From the NCBI RefSeq assembly GCF_009914755.1, contig NC_060936.1: a stretch of DNA of 64,000 bases; one strand, 5' to 3'. The DNA comes from the human T2T-CHM13v2.0 reference genome, Homo sapiens. Below are positions 29,584 through 44,548 of this stretch, one piece after another. Below the pieces are notes generated by a model. The model was not told where the DNA came from and ran no database searches. It saw only the letters and a list, made by a program, of their open reading frames with translations. The translations under genes were made by a program, and so were the position numbers. The stretch's first letter is position 1; each line of letters starts with the position of its first letter.

Positions 29584-30195
29584 ATGTTCTATGAACTTTA
29601 CAGTGTCAGTCAGCTCTTTGGAGCCTGAAGGTGACACACTGGCACCGAAACAGCAGATGCTTCTGTGGATGTTTTCTTTACCGATTGGTGTGCAGGCAGG
29701 CAGGACATCACCATCTGTTGGTCTGTCAGCCCCATGCATTTTTTTTTTCCAAACCTATCTGCGCCTGGAAGTGTCAGAGAATTGCTATTTCTGCAGGCAA
29801 AGCAGTCAATTATTCCAAAGGTTAGACTCCAACCAGGCTCCTTTCATGAGGTTGCGAGGTGGGTGGAGGGATCGGGGGCTGGGGGGAAGACTGGATGATG
29901 GGAAGGGGAGGGAGGATGGGAAGTGAGAACAGAACAGAGAGCAGACAAAGTAAATATAGACTTGTCAAAGTCATGTAAGAGGCAAAACCAAGACTTGAAT
30001 CAGGTCTTCTAACCACAACCTCAGAGGAACCCTTTCTGCCTCATGGAGATGATAAGCCTCAATAACCCCAGAAAATATAAAGTCAGCACTTTATCATTTC
30101 TGTATTTGTAGTTATTTTCTAGATTTGCCAATTTGCATGTTTGGCTTGAATTAAATAATTTAACTGTATTGCATTCTCATTTCTTTCTTTCAAAG

Positions 30196-30262
30196 TTTGA
30201 AGCTACTTCTCCGAGATACTTTTTCCATGATGCTATTAATTGGGGTGAGAGCAAAATAAAAG
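30196..30262 (+). CDS. OTOGL: OTOGL coding exon 4 (67 nt; FEATSPRYFFHDAINWGESKIK)
   Basis: ttctttcaaag|TTT ... AAG|gtcagt; phase 0 to 1; lies inside ORF 30133..30327. Confidence 0.9.
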
Positions 30263-31334
30263 GTCAGTGTTTATACTTAGGTTTTCATATTTGCTTTCTC
30301 AGAAAATCCCTTTGGGGGATATATTGAATCAAGTATTTATTGTTTCCGTATACCACATGAAGGAAAGTGAGCCAGGATGGTAGTAATACTTAGTAATAAT
30401 TTAAGTTCACTTCTTAGAGAAATTTGAATTGTTTCTGAGAATAACCAGGGCCAAACATTTAGACAAACCTGATAACTGCATGACCAGGGAAGATGTCACT
30501 GGATGTAAGAAACTATTTTTTTGTGAATAAATTACTTGCTCTTTGATCCCTGTTTTTTGTTACCAATTCCCCATTTCCATTAAGCAGAATGCTGATGGTA
30601 GTTTGAAATTTAATTTGAGTGGTAACTATGAAATAGAAACTATCACTGTTGTGTTTAAAATAACAATGATCCTCACTAGTTTTCATTTGATATTTGTTTT
30701 CAGGAGAATAAGCAGGACTGTAAATACATTTTTAAAGGCAATACATTTGTTTATCTAAATATTTAACATCTCTTCATCAGAAAAATGCAAGACTGTTGAT
30801 CTAAGATAAAGTGCAAATACAGATGTGCACCTAGTGGAAAAAACTGCATTTAAATTTATGAAAAACATCATTTTTTTTCTACCCGTATTTATGGACTAAG
30901 TTAAAACAGCATATTTTTTCCTCACTGAAGATATAGTTGGAGATTTGTGCATTTTGAAAAGTAAAGAGACATTTTAGATCAGTGGATCTTAAGGTGGAGA
31001 GGAATCATAAAGGTTTTTGAATTCTTGCCTTCGGCAGAACTGTGGTCAAATGATCAATTATATAACTATCTTCTGGGAATTAAGATGTTCTGTGGTTCTC
31101 CTCATGTGTTAAATTCTTCCTGCTTGAGTTTTGCCAGTTGCCTCTTGTCCTCTCCTTATTAGAGGAAATTTTTTCACTGATTCATTTGCATTTTTAAAAC
31201 TCACTCAGGAGATGATGGTAAAATTAGGGTTAGAGCTCACAGTTACTTGCTTTCTCTTTTTAACATAATCTGTTGGAACAATTTTATAACTTTTCTTTCT
31301 ATGAAAGAAAGAATATTTTTGGTGACAGCAGTGA

Positions 31335-31556
<222 letters not shown>

Positions 31557-31683
31557 AGCAAAGGTTTCAAAGAATGTGTCATTTGTAATTGAGCCTGAGG
31601 ATTAATATACAAACCTCAAATGAAATGTTTAATCATTCTCTTCAAAAGCAGGAGTCTCCCTTTGAGTTTTATGCTTTGCCTGA

Positions 31684-32007
<324 letters not shown>

Positions 32008-32411
32008 TAATAGAGTGTTTGCTCCTGGAAGAGGAGCTGATGGGATGTGCAGCCAGCGCCAAACTCTGTCAACGGAATCATCTGCAGCTTGTGTATTTCT
32101 GGTTCTCATCATCTGAGACAGAGATTCCTTACATGGGAACTTGACCTTTGAATTGCTTGAAAGGAGCTAACCTTTGCTCTCAGGGTAGTCTGAGATGTGA
32201 AAGCCTGCCTTTCTTGCTTCACAGCACACATAATAAAATGAACTAGATAGAGACTTGTTGGGTTTAGTTCTTTAGCTTAGCAAGGCAAGAGGCTGAGAGT
32301 TCTGTTTAAGTTAATAGTGATTACAATTTGTCCAAGCTATATCTTGACATATTATGCTTAAAAGAACAAATGGATGCCAGAAGATAACTTTTTTTTTTTT
32401 TTCCCCCTCAG

Positions 32412-32510
32412 GTTCTTGTCCTTATGAATGCCTTAATGGAGCTTTCTGTTCTAAGACTGGAACATGTGACTGTCAAATATTTCAGGCTCTTGGGACAAGA
32501 TGCCAGATCA
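32412..32510 (+). CDS. OTOGL: OTOGL coding exon 5 (99 nt; EGF-like module GSCPYECLNGAFCSKTGTCDCQIFQALGTRCQI)
   Basis: Poly-T/C tract, cag|GT ... TCA|gtaagt; six cysteines in EGF-like spacing; symmetric phase 1-1 exon. Confidence 0.93.
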
Positions 32511-32704
32511 GTAAGTTTCAGGGATGCTTGTGAGATAATTATGAGATACCAAGGAGAAAATTAAGGCATAATTTGCTATAATAATGTTCATCCATTGGGA
32601 GTTGTATATTAACTAGAGAGCCCACAATTCATTCTCAGTAATTTGATGTAATTTAGAAACAAAGTAAAACAAAAGTAGATAGGGCCACTTTCCCTTCTCG
32701 TTGA

Positions 32705-33102
<398 letters not shown>

Positions 33103-33844
33103 TTATAAAACAGATTTATTATTTGGAGCCAGTCATTCTTTTGGACCTTTAATTAACTGGACACTTTGTATGTAAAAAAATAGTACTGAGACTTCTTCGA
33201 GGGCAAGGGCTTTTTTTTTTTTTTTAAATCTTTTATCCACAGTGTCTAAGATAGGATTCTATGTCAATAATAATCAATAAATATTCATTTGTTTAATCGA
33301 TGTTTACTGGCATCTAGATCCCAGGCTAGGCATTGGGGATGCAACGGTGAATAATAGAAACATGTTCCTGTCCTCTTGGAGGCTGCAGTCTAGAGAAGGT
33401 GATAAATACACAACAGATACACAATAATTAAACTTGTTACAGGTGCTGTAAAGTACAAGATGCTATGAAAAAATGAAGCAGAGGTGGGGCATACTGTCAG
33501 GGAAGACTGCCTGAATAATGAATAATTCTATGTTTTTTCCTGAAAAGGCCACAGTTGTCCAAGGCTAATAAATTTAGGTGGGAATCACAAAAATACAAGA
33601 TGTAAAGAGTCACCCTTACCTTTATGCCCCCCACCCAGAGTGTATCAAAATGTTTTACATGTATTGAGTGCTCAGTGAATGTTACCGGTTTTCATATTAT
33701 TCTAAAGAGAAGAATTTAGAAAACAAAAATTGAATAGAAGATTATCTACAAGGGTAAGAAAAAAAGGTAGGCATGACAATAGGAGATACAGTTGCATGAT
33801 TTAAGATAAATATTGCTTGAAATTTGGCCAGTTTGAGGTCATGA

Positions 33845-34164
<320 letters not shown>

Positions 34165-34686
34165 AAATTCCAGCATACTTTGAATGACTAATGCTCCCCA
34201 CATCCAGGTCCCAGACACGTAAATATGACTTTTTTTGGTCAATAGTTATTTTTCTCTGTGGATACCATAAAAAGACGTTTTGAAAGACTAGAACACTCTG
34301 ATGCTGTATATGCTAATCTTTAGGACACTCAGTGGTGACATTTCTCTTTTTTCTGAGCCATCTTACTTGCTTTATTACTATCACCTTTTACTGAATTATT
34401 TTCCATACTCCTTTTTTTCTTCTAGAATCTTTCTTTGAAAACAAAAGTTAAGAAACTTTCTAACATAAATCTTTTCTTCATAACTACTTGGAGACCCTGT
34501 TTTTCTTCAGGGGAGTTTGATAGTTTTGAGAGCAACTGTTAATTTTATGTTAGTTATTTCTTCCTGTGTTATAGACCAAGGAAGGAAATTTGAATGAAAA
34601 TTAGAATCATTTACCATGACTGACTGAACATTGCTAGAAACGTGTAATTTATTTTGCCTACAAAATATTATCCTGTTTCTTTTCAG

Positions 34687-34841
34687 TCCCAAACATGGGC
34701 AACGGCAGAGATGGGATTTGTAAAACCTGGGGACAGTATCATTTTGAAACATTCGATGGCATCTACTATTACTTCCCAGGAAACTGTTCTTACATTTTTG
34801 CAAAGGACTGTGGTGATTTGGAGCCTCGGTACACTGTATGG
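34687..34841 (+). CDS. OTOGL: OTOGL coding exon 6 (155 nt; start of VWD1, [32 protein letters not shown])
   Basis: tttcag|TC ... TGG|gtaggt; canonical VWD motif CxxWGxxHFxTFDG...GxCxY; phase 1 to 0. Confidence 0.95.
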
Positions 34842-35503
34842 GTAGGTGATTGTAGGACATGATTAACTTAAAAATATTATCTCTGGAAAAGTATGTATTT
34901 TTAAAGTACTGGGAAAATGATGCAAAATATATACTAATAATAGAATGAATACTTATTTTGAAGAGGGTCTGGGTTCAGTTACGAACCATATTACTCACAC
35001 TTCCTTCCTTCCTGATACTTCCAGTGAGATATGTCCAGCTGGTTTAGTTTTTTGAAATGACACCCTCAGTATGAACCAGAGGCTAACATTTATAAAATGG
35101 AGTGTATGAGTTACATAAGCACAGGCTATCGGATGTGAAGACTGACAGCTAATTGCTAGGTAGTTTGATACTATATGACTGAACTCAGAGAATTAATTCT
35201 TAGTTGCAGAATTCTTGATTCAAATGAATTCTTAGGAGACCTCTCGAAAATATAAGCTTCAGAGTGGCTCTAGTTGAATAAGGATGTCAGGGACCTCTTT
35301 CTTTGCCTACTATCTTCTGAATTTCTAGGTATTTCAATCACTACCAGGAAACTGCTATGTTGTTGGATTTAAAAGCTACAACTCTCCATAGTCAAAACAT
35401 ATTTGAATCTCTGTTATGCTTTCCCTTTTTACTTACGTTGGGGCTGCCTACATTCTCCTCCTTTCTAAGGTGATGCAAATATTAAAAGTAGGCCCTGAAA
35501 CTT

Positions 35504-37378
35504 CTTTTTTTTCATAGGTTTTTGGGGGAAGAGATGGTGTTTGGTTACATGTTGATTTCTGAGATTTTAGTCCACTATCCCCTGAGCAGTGTACATTGTA
35601 CCCAATGTGTAGTCTTTTACCCCTCATCACCCCCCAGCCTTTCCCCTTGGTCCCCAAAGTCCATTGTGTAATTCTTATCCCTTTGCATTCTCATAGCTTA
35701 GTTCCCACTTACGAGTGAGAACATATGATGTTTGGTTTTCTATTCCCAAGTTACTTCACTTAGGCTAATGCTTTCCAATTCCACCCAGGTTGCTGGAAAT
35801 GCCATTATTTTGTTCCTTTTTATGGCTGAGTAGTATTCCATGGTGTGTGTGTGTGTATGTATATATATGTATATATATATGGCATATATGTATATATATC
35901 ATATTTTCTTTATCCACTCATTGATTGATGGGCATTTGGGCTGGTTCCATATTTTTGCAATTGTGAATTGTACTGCTATAAACATGTGTATGCAGGTATC
36001 TTTTTTTGTATAATGACTTCTTTTCTTCTGGGGAGATACCTAGGAGTAGGATTGCTGGGTCAAATGGTAGATCTACTTTTAGTTCTTTCAGGAATCTCTA
36101 TACTCTTTTTCATAGTAGTTGTACTAGTTTAAATTACCAACAACCGTGTGAAAGTGTTCCCTTTTCACCACATCCATACCAACATCTATTATTTTTTGAT
36201 TTTTAAATTATGGTAATTCTTGCAGGAATAAAGTGGTATTGTATTGTGGTTTTCATTTGTTTTTCTCTGATAATTAGTGATGTTGATAATTTTTTCATGT
36301 TTGTTGGCCATTTGTATACCTTCTTTTGAGAATTGTCTATTCATGTCCTTAGCTCACTTTTTGATGGAATTGTTTGTTTTTTTCTTGCTAATTTGTTTGA
36401 GTTCCTTGTAGATTCTGTATATTAGTCCATTGTTGGATGTATAGATTGCAAAGATTTTCTTCCACTCTGTGACTTGTCTGTTTACTCTGTTGATTATTTC
36501 TTTTGCTGCATAAAAGCTTTTTAGTTTAATTAAGTCTTGTCTGTTTATATTTGTTTCTGCTGTATTTGCTTTTGGGTTCTTGGTCATGAATGCTTTGCCT
36601 AAGCCAATGTCTAGAAAGCTTTTCCAATGTTATATTCTAGAATTTGTATGGTTTCACGTCTAGATTTAAGTATTTTATCCATCTTGAGTTGATTTTTGTA
36701 TAAAGTGAGAGATGAGGATCCAGTTTCATTCTTCTGCATGTGGCTAGCCAATTATCCCAGCACCATTTGTTGAATAGGATGTCCTTTCCCCACTTTATGT
36801 TTTTGTTTACTTTGTCAAAAATTAGTTGGCTGTAAGCATCTGGCTTTATTTCTGGATTCTCTGTTGTTCTATATGACTATTTTAATACCAGTACCATGCT
36901 GTTTTGGTGACTATGGCCTTATACTATAGTTTGAAGTCGGGTAATGTAATGCCTCAAACTTTGTTCTTTTTGCTTAGTCTTGCTTTGGCTATGTGGCTTT
37001 TTTGGTTCCATATGAATTTTATGATTGTTTTTTCTAGTTCTGTGAAGAATGATGGTGGTATTTTCATGGGAATTGCATTGAATTTGTAGATTGCTTTTGG
37101 CAGTGTGGTCATTTTCACAATATTGATTCTACCCATCAACGAGCATGGGATGTGTTTCTATTTGTTTGTGTTGTCTATGATTTCTTTCAGCAGTGTTTTG
37201 TAGTTTTCCTTGTAGAGGTCTTTCACCTCCTTGATTAAATATATTCTTAAGTATTTTAATGTTTTTTGCAGCTATTGTAAAAGGGGTTGAGTTCTTGATT
37301 TGATTCTCAGCTTGGCCACTGTTGGTGTATAGTAGGGCTACTGATTTGTGTAGATTAATTTTGTATCCTGAAACTTTT
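35504..37378 (-). mobile_element. 5'-truncated L1PB-like element (~1.9 kb)
   Basis: ORF2 C-terminal fragments (ORFs 36354..36587, 36954..37139), L1PB-type 3'UTR; TSD AG(G/A)CCCTGAAACTT at 35490-35503 and 37379-37392. Confidence 0.88.
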
Positions 37379-37430
37379 AGACCCTGAAACTTTTTAAGGC
37401 TACAAATCTTCGTGACCCAGAGAAGAAGCA

Positions 37431-37700
37431 CAACTGGGTGACTATAGTCAATAATATCTTAATTGTACATTTTTAAATAACTTAAAAAGTGTAATTGGAT
37501 TGTTTGTAACACAAAGGATAAATGTTTGAGGGGATGCATATGTCTTTCTCCATGATGTGATTATGTAACATTGCATGCCTATATCAAAACATCTCCTGTA
37601 CCCCATATATATATGTATATACACCTACTATGTAACCACAAAAATCAAAAATAAAAAACTAAACAAAATAACAAATGTATTTAAAGTAAAAAAAAAGAAA
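37431..37700 (+). mobile_element. L1MA (MA2/MA3-like) 3' end
   Basis: GGGTGACTATAGTCAATAATA...GTAACACAAAGGATAAATG...CACAAAAATCAAAAATAAAAAA. Confidence 0.8.
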
Positions 37701-38771
37701 TGAGATATATTGAAAGTTCACTTATGGGGCATAAGAATAAAAATTTAGAGGTCTCTTTAGATAGGGCAGTTGGTGAAATGCATCTTCTGTGCTTGCAGGT
37801 CTCCTGTTCTCAGTTCTCTCATTGTCTACTACTCCCCCACCCCTCACTTGTTTTCTCACTTGAATACCCTTTGACCTTCTCTTTAAAATGTTCTTGTTCA
37901 GTGTCCCACTCTTTTGAGGACTGAGGTGTCAACGAGATAACCTGTCCTTTGTTAGTAACACACAATGCTGAACTATGCCTCTGGAGTTAGTAGATATTGT
38001 TTCTACTTGGCCTTGTTTTGAGTAGTAAAATTTTCTTTCAAATAAATACATCAATTTACTTGAAATGTCACTTTCCCCTTGATTATAAAAGCAGTTCATT
38101 TCTTTTGTAGAAAATTTGGAAAATTCAGAGAAGTCTGAAAAATGTTAAAATTATCACTTAAGAGTTACCATTGGTTAACAGCTTCACCTATTTCCTTCTC
38201 AACATTTTGCTCTGAATTTTATACATACTTATAAAATTTAAATTATAGTTTTCTGTCCTACACTTTCAATTAATATTATGTCTTCAACTTCCTTCAATGT
38301 TAAATATTCTTGATACATCCAAATACAGTTAGCTGTATTTTTTCCAACTTCTGTAATACTCAAATAAGTTAATGATGTCCTATATTGGAAATTTAGATTT
38401 TTTTAAAATAGAATTTCAAAGGATATGTTGATAAACATTATCATACAGATATCCTTATCTATACCCCCGACTATTTTTTCCATCTTTAAATTCTATTTTA
38501 TTTTTATGAAAATAATATATGTGTATGGTGAAAGATTTCATCCCAGAATATATGGCAAAAAATAGCCTCTGCCTTCCTTCATCCTCCACCCTAGCAGAAG
38601 CCTGGCTCACAAGAGACAATTACTTCAACTAATTTAGCTGTTTCTTCTGGTTTTTATCTTACACATCAAAATATGCCATTATCTCTTTATTTTTCAAAGT
38701 TAGGCCTTATTCCTTCACTTCCTGTTACGGAAAATGAGAAATTATCTTAGTTATGCCACCCTTCCTGCTCC

Positions 38772-38773
<2 letters not shown>

Positions 38774-38835
<62 letters not shown>
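38774..38835. repeat. (AC)31 perfect microsatellite
   Basis: 62 nt of uninterrupted AC repeat. Confidence 0.98.
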
Positions 38836-38837
<2 letters not shown>

Positions 38838-40770
38838 CCCTTCACTCCTCCTAATAGAGTTATGTCACCATTTTTGGTTAAATAATTTATATTTTTTATA
38901 TTATTGTCACTATGTAAATATTGTTTAGAGCTGATCCCAATAGGTTATGATGATTTTCTGTCTCTACTTGTATATTTTTCTAGAGTAAACAGTTATCCCA
39001 TTTTTTCTTTGCTGTATTCTCTTTACTCCAGTCACTAATATTTTTCCTAACTCTCTACCTCTATAAAACTCTTCAATATGGTCAGATGCATTAAGCAAGT
39101 TATCAGCTTCTCTTTTCCCTCATGAGACAATCCTTCCTCAGTTTTCCTTCCCATCTTTCAATCCAGACTAGTTGCTTTTGAAGTCTACTGTACACCTATC
39201 ACTTGGGTTTTCTTTTTGTCATCCTACTGGAGAATTTTATTCTTCTCTCTCACCAGTTTTCCTCTTTCTTGGTTCCCACCGATGTCTAGTGGTCCTTTAA
39301 CTTTGTTCATACTAGAGAGATAGGTTCTGAAAAGCTTATTGGATGCTCTGAATGTGTGGCCAGTGTTTGTAGTGGTGATTAAGCAAGAACCCATTTCCTC
39401 TTTGTTTAGTCACTTATTTTAATTGACTAAGTTGGTTCCTGGAAAGGGAAGATACTTTCCTGGAAAGTGTGCATGGGAAGAGAATTTTTGAAGCCTTGAT
39501 TTTAATTTAAAAATCACTTTCAGAATTTTAAATTTCAATTCACTCTCATTTCTGATCATTTTACATATAACCTTACTCAACCTCCAGAAGTTTTTAGATC
39601 TTTTAATTCCCAGAGTTCTGAGATTTTGTAATTATGTGAATTTCCTTTCCCATTCTTTTGTGCTGGGCACTTGATGGGCTTTTATATTGGAGCTAATATA
39701 TTGGAGCTCTGGGGTGGAGTGATCCCTTAATTTTCTCACTGATTCTTGCCTATTTTCCACTTTTTTCCTTTTTTGTTCTACATTTCGGGATATTTCTGTC
39801 CAATTCTGAGATGTTTATCTTCTCACCTTTCTACTTCAGTTATACATTTCTCCTTTTATATTGTCAGTATTCAATTATTTGTTTTTATTCTTTGAATTTC
39901 GTTTTCAGCAACATTTTATTCTCAGGTCAAGGATGGCATATATAATTTTTCTCTCAGAAGATATCAACTATGTATTTTTAAAGTTTTTGGGTTTTTCTAA
40001 ATTGTTTTTTATTTCTTTGATTCCCTTTCTTTTGTTTATTTGATGTCTTTCATGTCGCAGACTTTCATCAAATGACTAATGATTCATGAATATTTGTTCA
40101 CATTAGAGAATAAGGCTCTAAAAGCGAATTGGAAACTCTGGATATATGCATGGGAGCTTGTTGGACTACTGTGAGAGTGAGCAAGGATCTGCTTGTTTCA
40201 TTAGATAAACCCCCAAATATTAGGATCTATATGTCTTTTTTTCCATTTTGTTTCCCGAAAGAAGAATCCTCCAACATCTAGTCTGGCATCAGACGCTTGG
40301 ATTCATGGATCCTGAGAACATTTTAGGCCTACTCTTCCCTCAGACTTTTATACTTGCTATTTCCTTTGCCTAGAATGGTATTCCAGATATCCCATATGGC
40401 TTTCTCTCTCTCACGCTCCATCTTTACTAGAAGTTCATCTTTTCAGCAAGGCCTTCTTTGACCACTCACTCTGAAATTGCCCCCAGACCTTGACACATAC
40501 CCTATCCCCTTTCCCTGCTTAATATTTCTCCTTAATATCATTTAACATAGTATATATTTTAGCTTCACATAGCTATATTTTCTATTAGCCGTTTTCCTCT
40601 AATAGAATACAAGTTTCATGAGGGCAGATAGTTTTGTCCGCTCTGTTGACTGCTCTATCCCCAGTACCTAGAACAGTGCCTGGTACATAATAAATGATCA
40701 ATACAATTTGCTGATTAAGCATAAAACTAATATACATTAAATTACTACAATATTAAAACTATATTATTGA

Positions 40771-41120
40771 GGCTGGGCGTAGTGACTCACACCTGTAATC
40801 CCAGCACTTTGGGAGGCTGAGGTGGTTGGATCACTTGAGGTCAGGAGTTTGAGACCAGCCTGGCTAACATAGTGAAACCCCATCTCTACCAAAAAAATAC
40901 AAAAATTAGCCGGTTTGGTGGTACACGCCTATAGCCCCAGCTACTTGGGAGGCTGAGGCACGAGAATCACTTGAACCTAGGAGGCAGAGGTTTCAGGGAG
41001 CTGCAATCACACCACTGCACTCCAGCGTGGGTGACAGAGAGAGGCTCTATCTCAAAAAACAAACAAACAAACAAAAACAAACAAAAAAAACCCCAAAACA
41101 AAACCAAACCAAACAAAAAA
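40771..41120 (+). mobile_element. AluS with (CAAA)n-derived tail
   Basis: Full dimer; flanking TATATTATTGA repeat. Confidence 0.92.
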
Positions 41121-41868
41121 CCCGTATATTATTGACAATTTTAAAAGTCACTTTTAGGCTTAGAAAGTTCTTTTCCACCTCTATAGTTGTAATCTCTGTT
41201 TTCTTTCAGTTATGTCATGGTTTAGACATTTATACTTTACTTTTTGGACCTTTTGAAATTAATTTTGGTATAGGGTAAAATAATCTAAGCTTCCTCTTCT
41301 CTTTTCTTCCTTTCTTCTTTTCTTCCTTTCATTCTTTTTTTTTAAACTAATTTTCCTATTAATTTTTTGAAAAATAATCTCTCTCTTCCCTAATGTGTCT
41401 GGCAATAAATAAAAATAAAATCAATTTTATTTTTAGTGAGTTCATGGTCACTTTTCAACCTTTAAATATTGCTTTGTGTAGTGCTCCATTCAAAGCTCTG
41501 TTTTATGATTCTCTAATAGGTAAAAAATACGGATGACAAATGTGCTTCTTTGTGGCACTCCAGAGTTTTACTATTAGAACTAATTTCTCCCAAAGCATAC
41601 CATGTACCTTGAGAATATTAACATCCAACATGCGAAGATTCAAATCGTTCAAAAATATGCTGATTAACTTGTATTTTAGGAAGTTAATTTTGTTGCCCAA
41701 TTTCTGAGGTAAATATTTCTTTTCTCTCAGAAATCCCAAATGTAGTTATAACGTTGTAAAGTGTCATGGGACTAATGAAACTATATGATTGTAAACATAC
41801 ATTGTGGTTTTAATAACTCAGATTTATTGTTTGTTCCTATGCTTTCTTTTTGTTTTTCTCCCTTTAAG

Positions 41869-41990
41869 GTTCATAACAGCCCTAAATGCCTTGGTTCGGT
41901 GTATTCTTGTTATCGGTCAATCAGCTTGTTCTTTTCAAACCAAGAGGAAATTCGAATTTATGGTCATGAAATAAAAAAGAATGGAATCAG
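41869..41990 (+). CDS. OTOGL: OTOGL coding exon 7 (122 nt; VHNSPKCLGSVYSCYRSISLFFSNQEEIRIYGHEIKKNGI)
   Basis: ccctttaag|GTT ... CAG|gtagga; phase 0 to 2; inside ORF 41785..41994. Confidence 0.93.
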
Positions 41991-44211
41991 GTAGGATATG
42001 GGAAACAGTGAAATGTCAGTAACACCACAAATTAATAGAATTTCCAAACATCACATGCTGGAAGTGAACTGTGGAGAGTAGGAAGAGAGGATTTCTTCAA
42101 CAATACTCTTAAAGCTATAACATACAGACATCAAAACTTCGGTAGGCTCTGAGGCCAGCCAGGTGGTCAAGAGTACAGTAAGTTTACCCTTCCTAATGCT
42201 TGTGTGCAGAATATAAACATAGTATGTTTACATGGGTGGAGATGAGAGTCTCTCTCTCTCTTTTTTTTTTTCTGAGAGATTCAAGAGATACCTTAAGAGT
42301 ATCTTAAGAGTTCAACTCTTGATTCTTTTTGCCCTCTTTCTTAAATATTTTCTTCTTTCTTTGAAGCAGAAACTTAAAAATCTATTTTCTTTTATTTGGA
42401 AAGGATTCTGGAAGTTCTTTCCAAGTTTGTGTGAATGGGTTTTGGGTGTCACTTGAGATTTTCCACGGAAGTTCTGACAGACTGAGAGCCAACAACTGCC
42501 TGGCCTCGAATAGATCAGAGAGAAGTCAACTTCTAGTTTCCTATCTGCCAAAAATATGACATGAGAATTTTGGGGCAGGGGATGTTTTCGTATTTGGTGG
42601 AAGGTTTTTTTTTTTTTATGTTTTAACCTAGAAATACTGTGGAATAATCTACCTTCCAATCTAAATAATTATAGAGAGACTCAGTTTTTATTATTTCCTG
42701 GCTGGATTATGCCAGAACAAGTAAATTGTGGGCTGGAACAATTCTATTCATTCAGAATTCACTAACAAGTGTTTGAACCATAGGAATTCTTTCCAGCGCA
42801 ATGGCTTTATCAACCCGTGTTGCTTTTTCTGGGCTTAGATTCCTCAAAAGGCAGCAGGTGGTAGCAGAAAGGGCAGTGGAAAGAGCACCAGGGGAGCCTT
42901 GAAACAGCCAGACAACCCAGAGCAGCTTCTCCCCTTGTCTGAGGCTTATTTTCTTGGTCAGTTGGGTTCTGTACTTCTCATTTTCCCATAAAAGAAAGTT
43001 TAGGCATTTGAGTAAGAAGATAATGCAGTTACACGTGTATTTCCTAGAGCTGAATTTAGATAGTCATTTAGGATTCTCTATATGGAATTTTGGGTAATAC
43101 AATGGGCATTTAAAAAATTATCATGTTTTGTAAAACAGACTTGCCATTCAGATTGATTTTCAAGAATATTATTTCTTTATTAAAGGAGAAACATAATATT
43201 TAATTTTAACTCAGAGAAAGCATTTCTATGAGGATTTCAGATTGTGTGATAGAAAAAGGGTGGTCTTCTTATTCAGCAATATTGCTTACACAAATGCTGT
43301 TCCTGGCTTGGGGCCTAACTCATAGCAAATGCTACAGAAATATTTGCCATAATAAAATCAAACATGTGGCTCTGTGCATGAAGCTTTACTTCTCTGGATT
43401 TCAGTTCTTTCACCTGTGAAATAAGGGGTTTCAGTACAAATGAATCCCTGAATACTTTTCAGCATTCAGTTCTGCATTCATTTAGGTTTACATTTTAATG
43501 TTTCCTGCCTAGGTTGCATGCTTTTCTTTGACCTATTGAATATTGTCTAGTTTAAACTATTATTTCCCATCTCCACTGGCATCCTTCTGTGTTATAAACT
43601 TCAGGATAATCACAGTTTTCCACCTTTATTTTCAAAAACTGAGTATTTAATTAAATTTACTGTTAAAGAGACCAAATGACCAAGTGTCAAATGACCAAGC
43701 AAAAAATACGCATAATAGTACAACTATACTTCCATAAGATTAGCTTTCCATTACTCTGAAATATATTTATAAACAAGATTCACTTCTTTTAAGTATAGTT
43801 TTTATAAACTTAGAAACTTAAAACAATTGGTATTTCTTTAATGTTATTTCATATTGACTTTTACTATGAATTCCTCATATTTATAATTTTTAATAAGAAT
43901 GCATTATGGCAGTAGTTAGCTAGAGTCTTTTTTATGTATTCTCCAATTTAAACATTTAGCTATTTTTCTAGTTTTGTAAATAATTTTCTGTAAATAAGTA
44001 TCTGTAAAAAATTTTTTGTGCAAATGGCTACAGATATTTTGAATTGTTTCTTTGGGGATTATCCCTTTGTTAATTAGTATGCTCAGTTTTGTAGTTTTTG
44101 GTCCATTAAGCCATGCTCTTCCTGGAAAGGAACTCACTAATTTGCAATTTTTGAGAGAAATGTATGAATATACCTATTAACTACCCATATTATTCACATT
44201 ATGGTATATAA

Positions 44212-44548
<337 letters not shown>

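Noticed and set aside
29420-29600. TSD or transduction for the short L1 3' fragment
   Set aside because: No convincing direct repeat was found on the two sides, so no mechanism can be assigned.
29591-29926. 111-aa ORF in unique DNA as a nested gene
   Set aside because: No recognisable domain, low-complexity G-rich end, and no promoter or poly(A) support; this length is expected by chance in a locally GC-richer patch.
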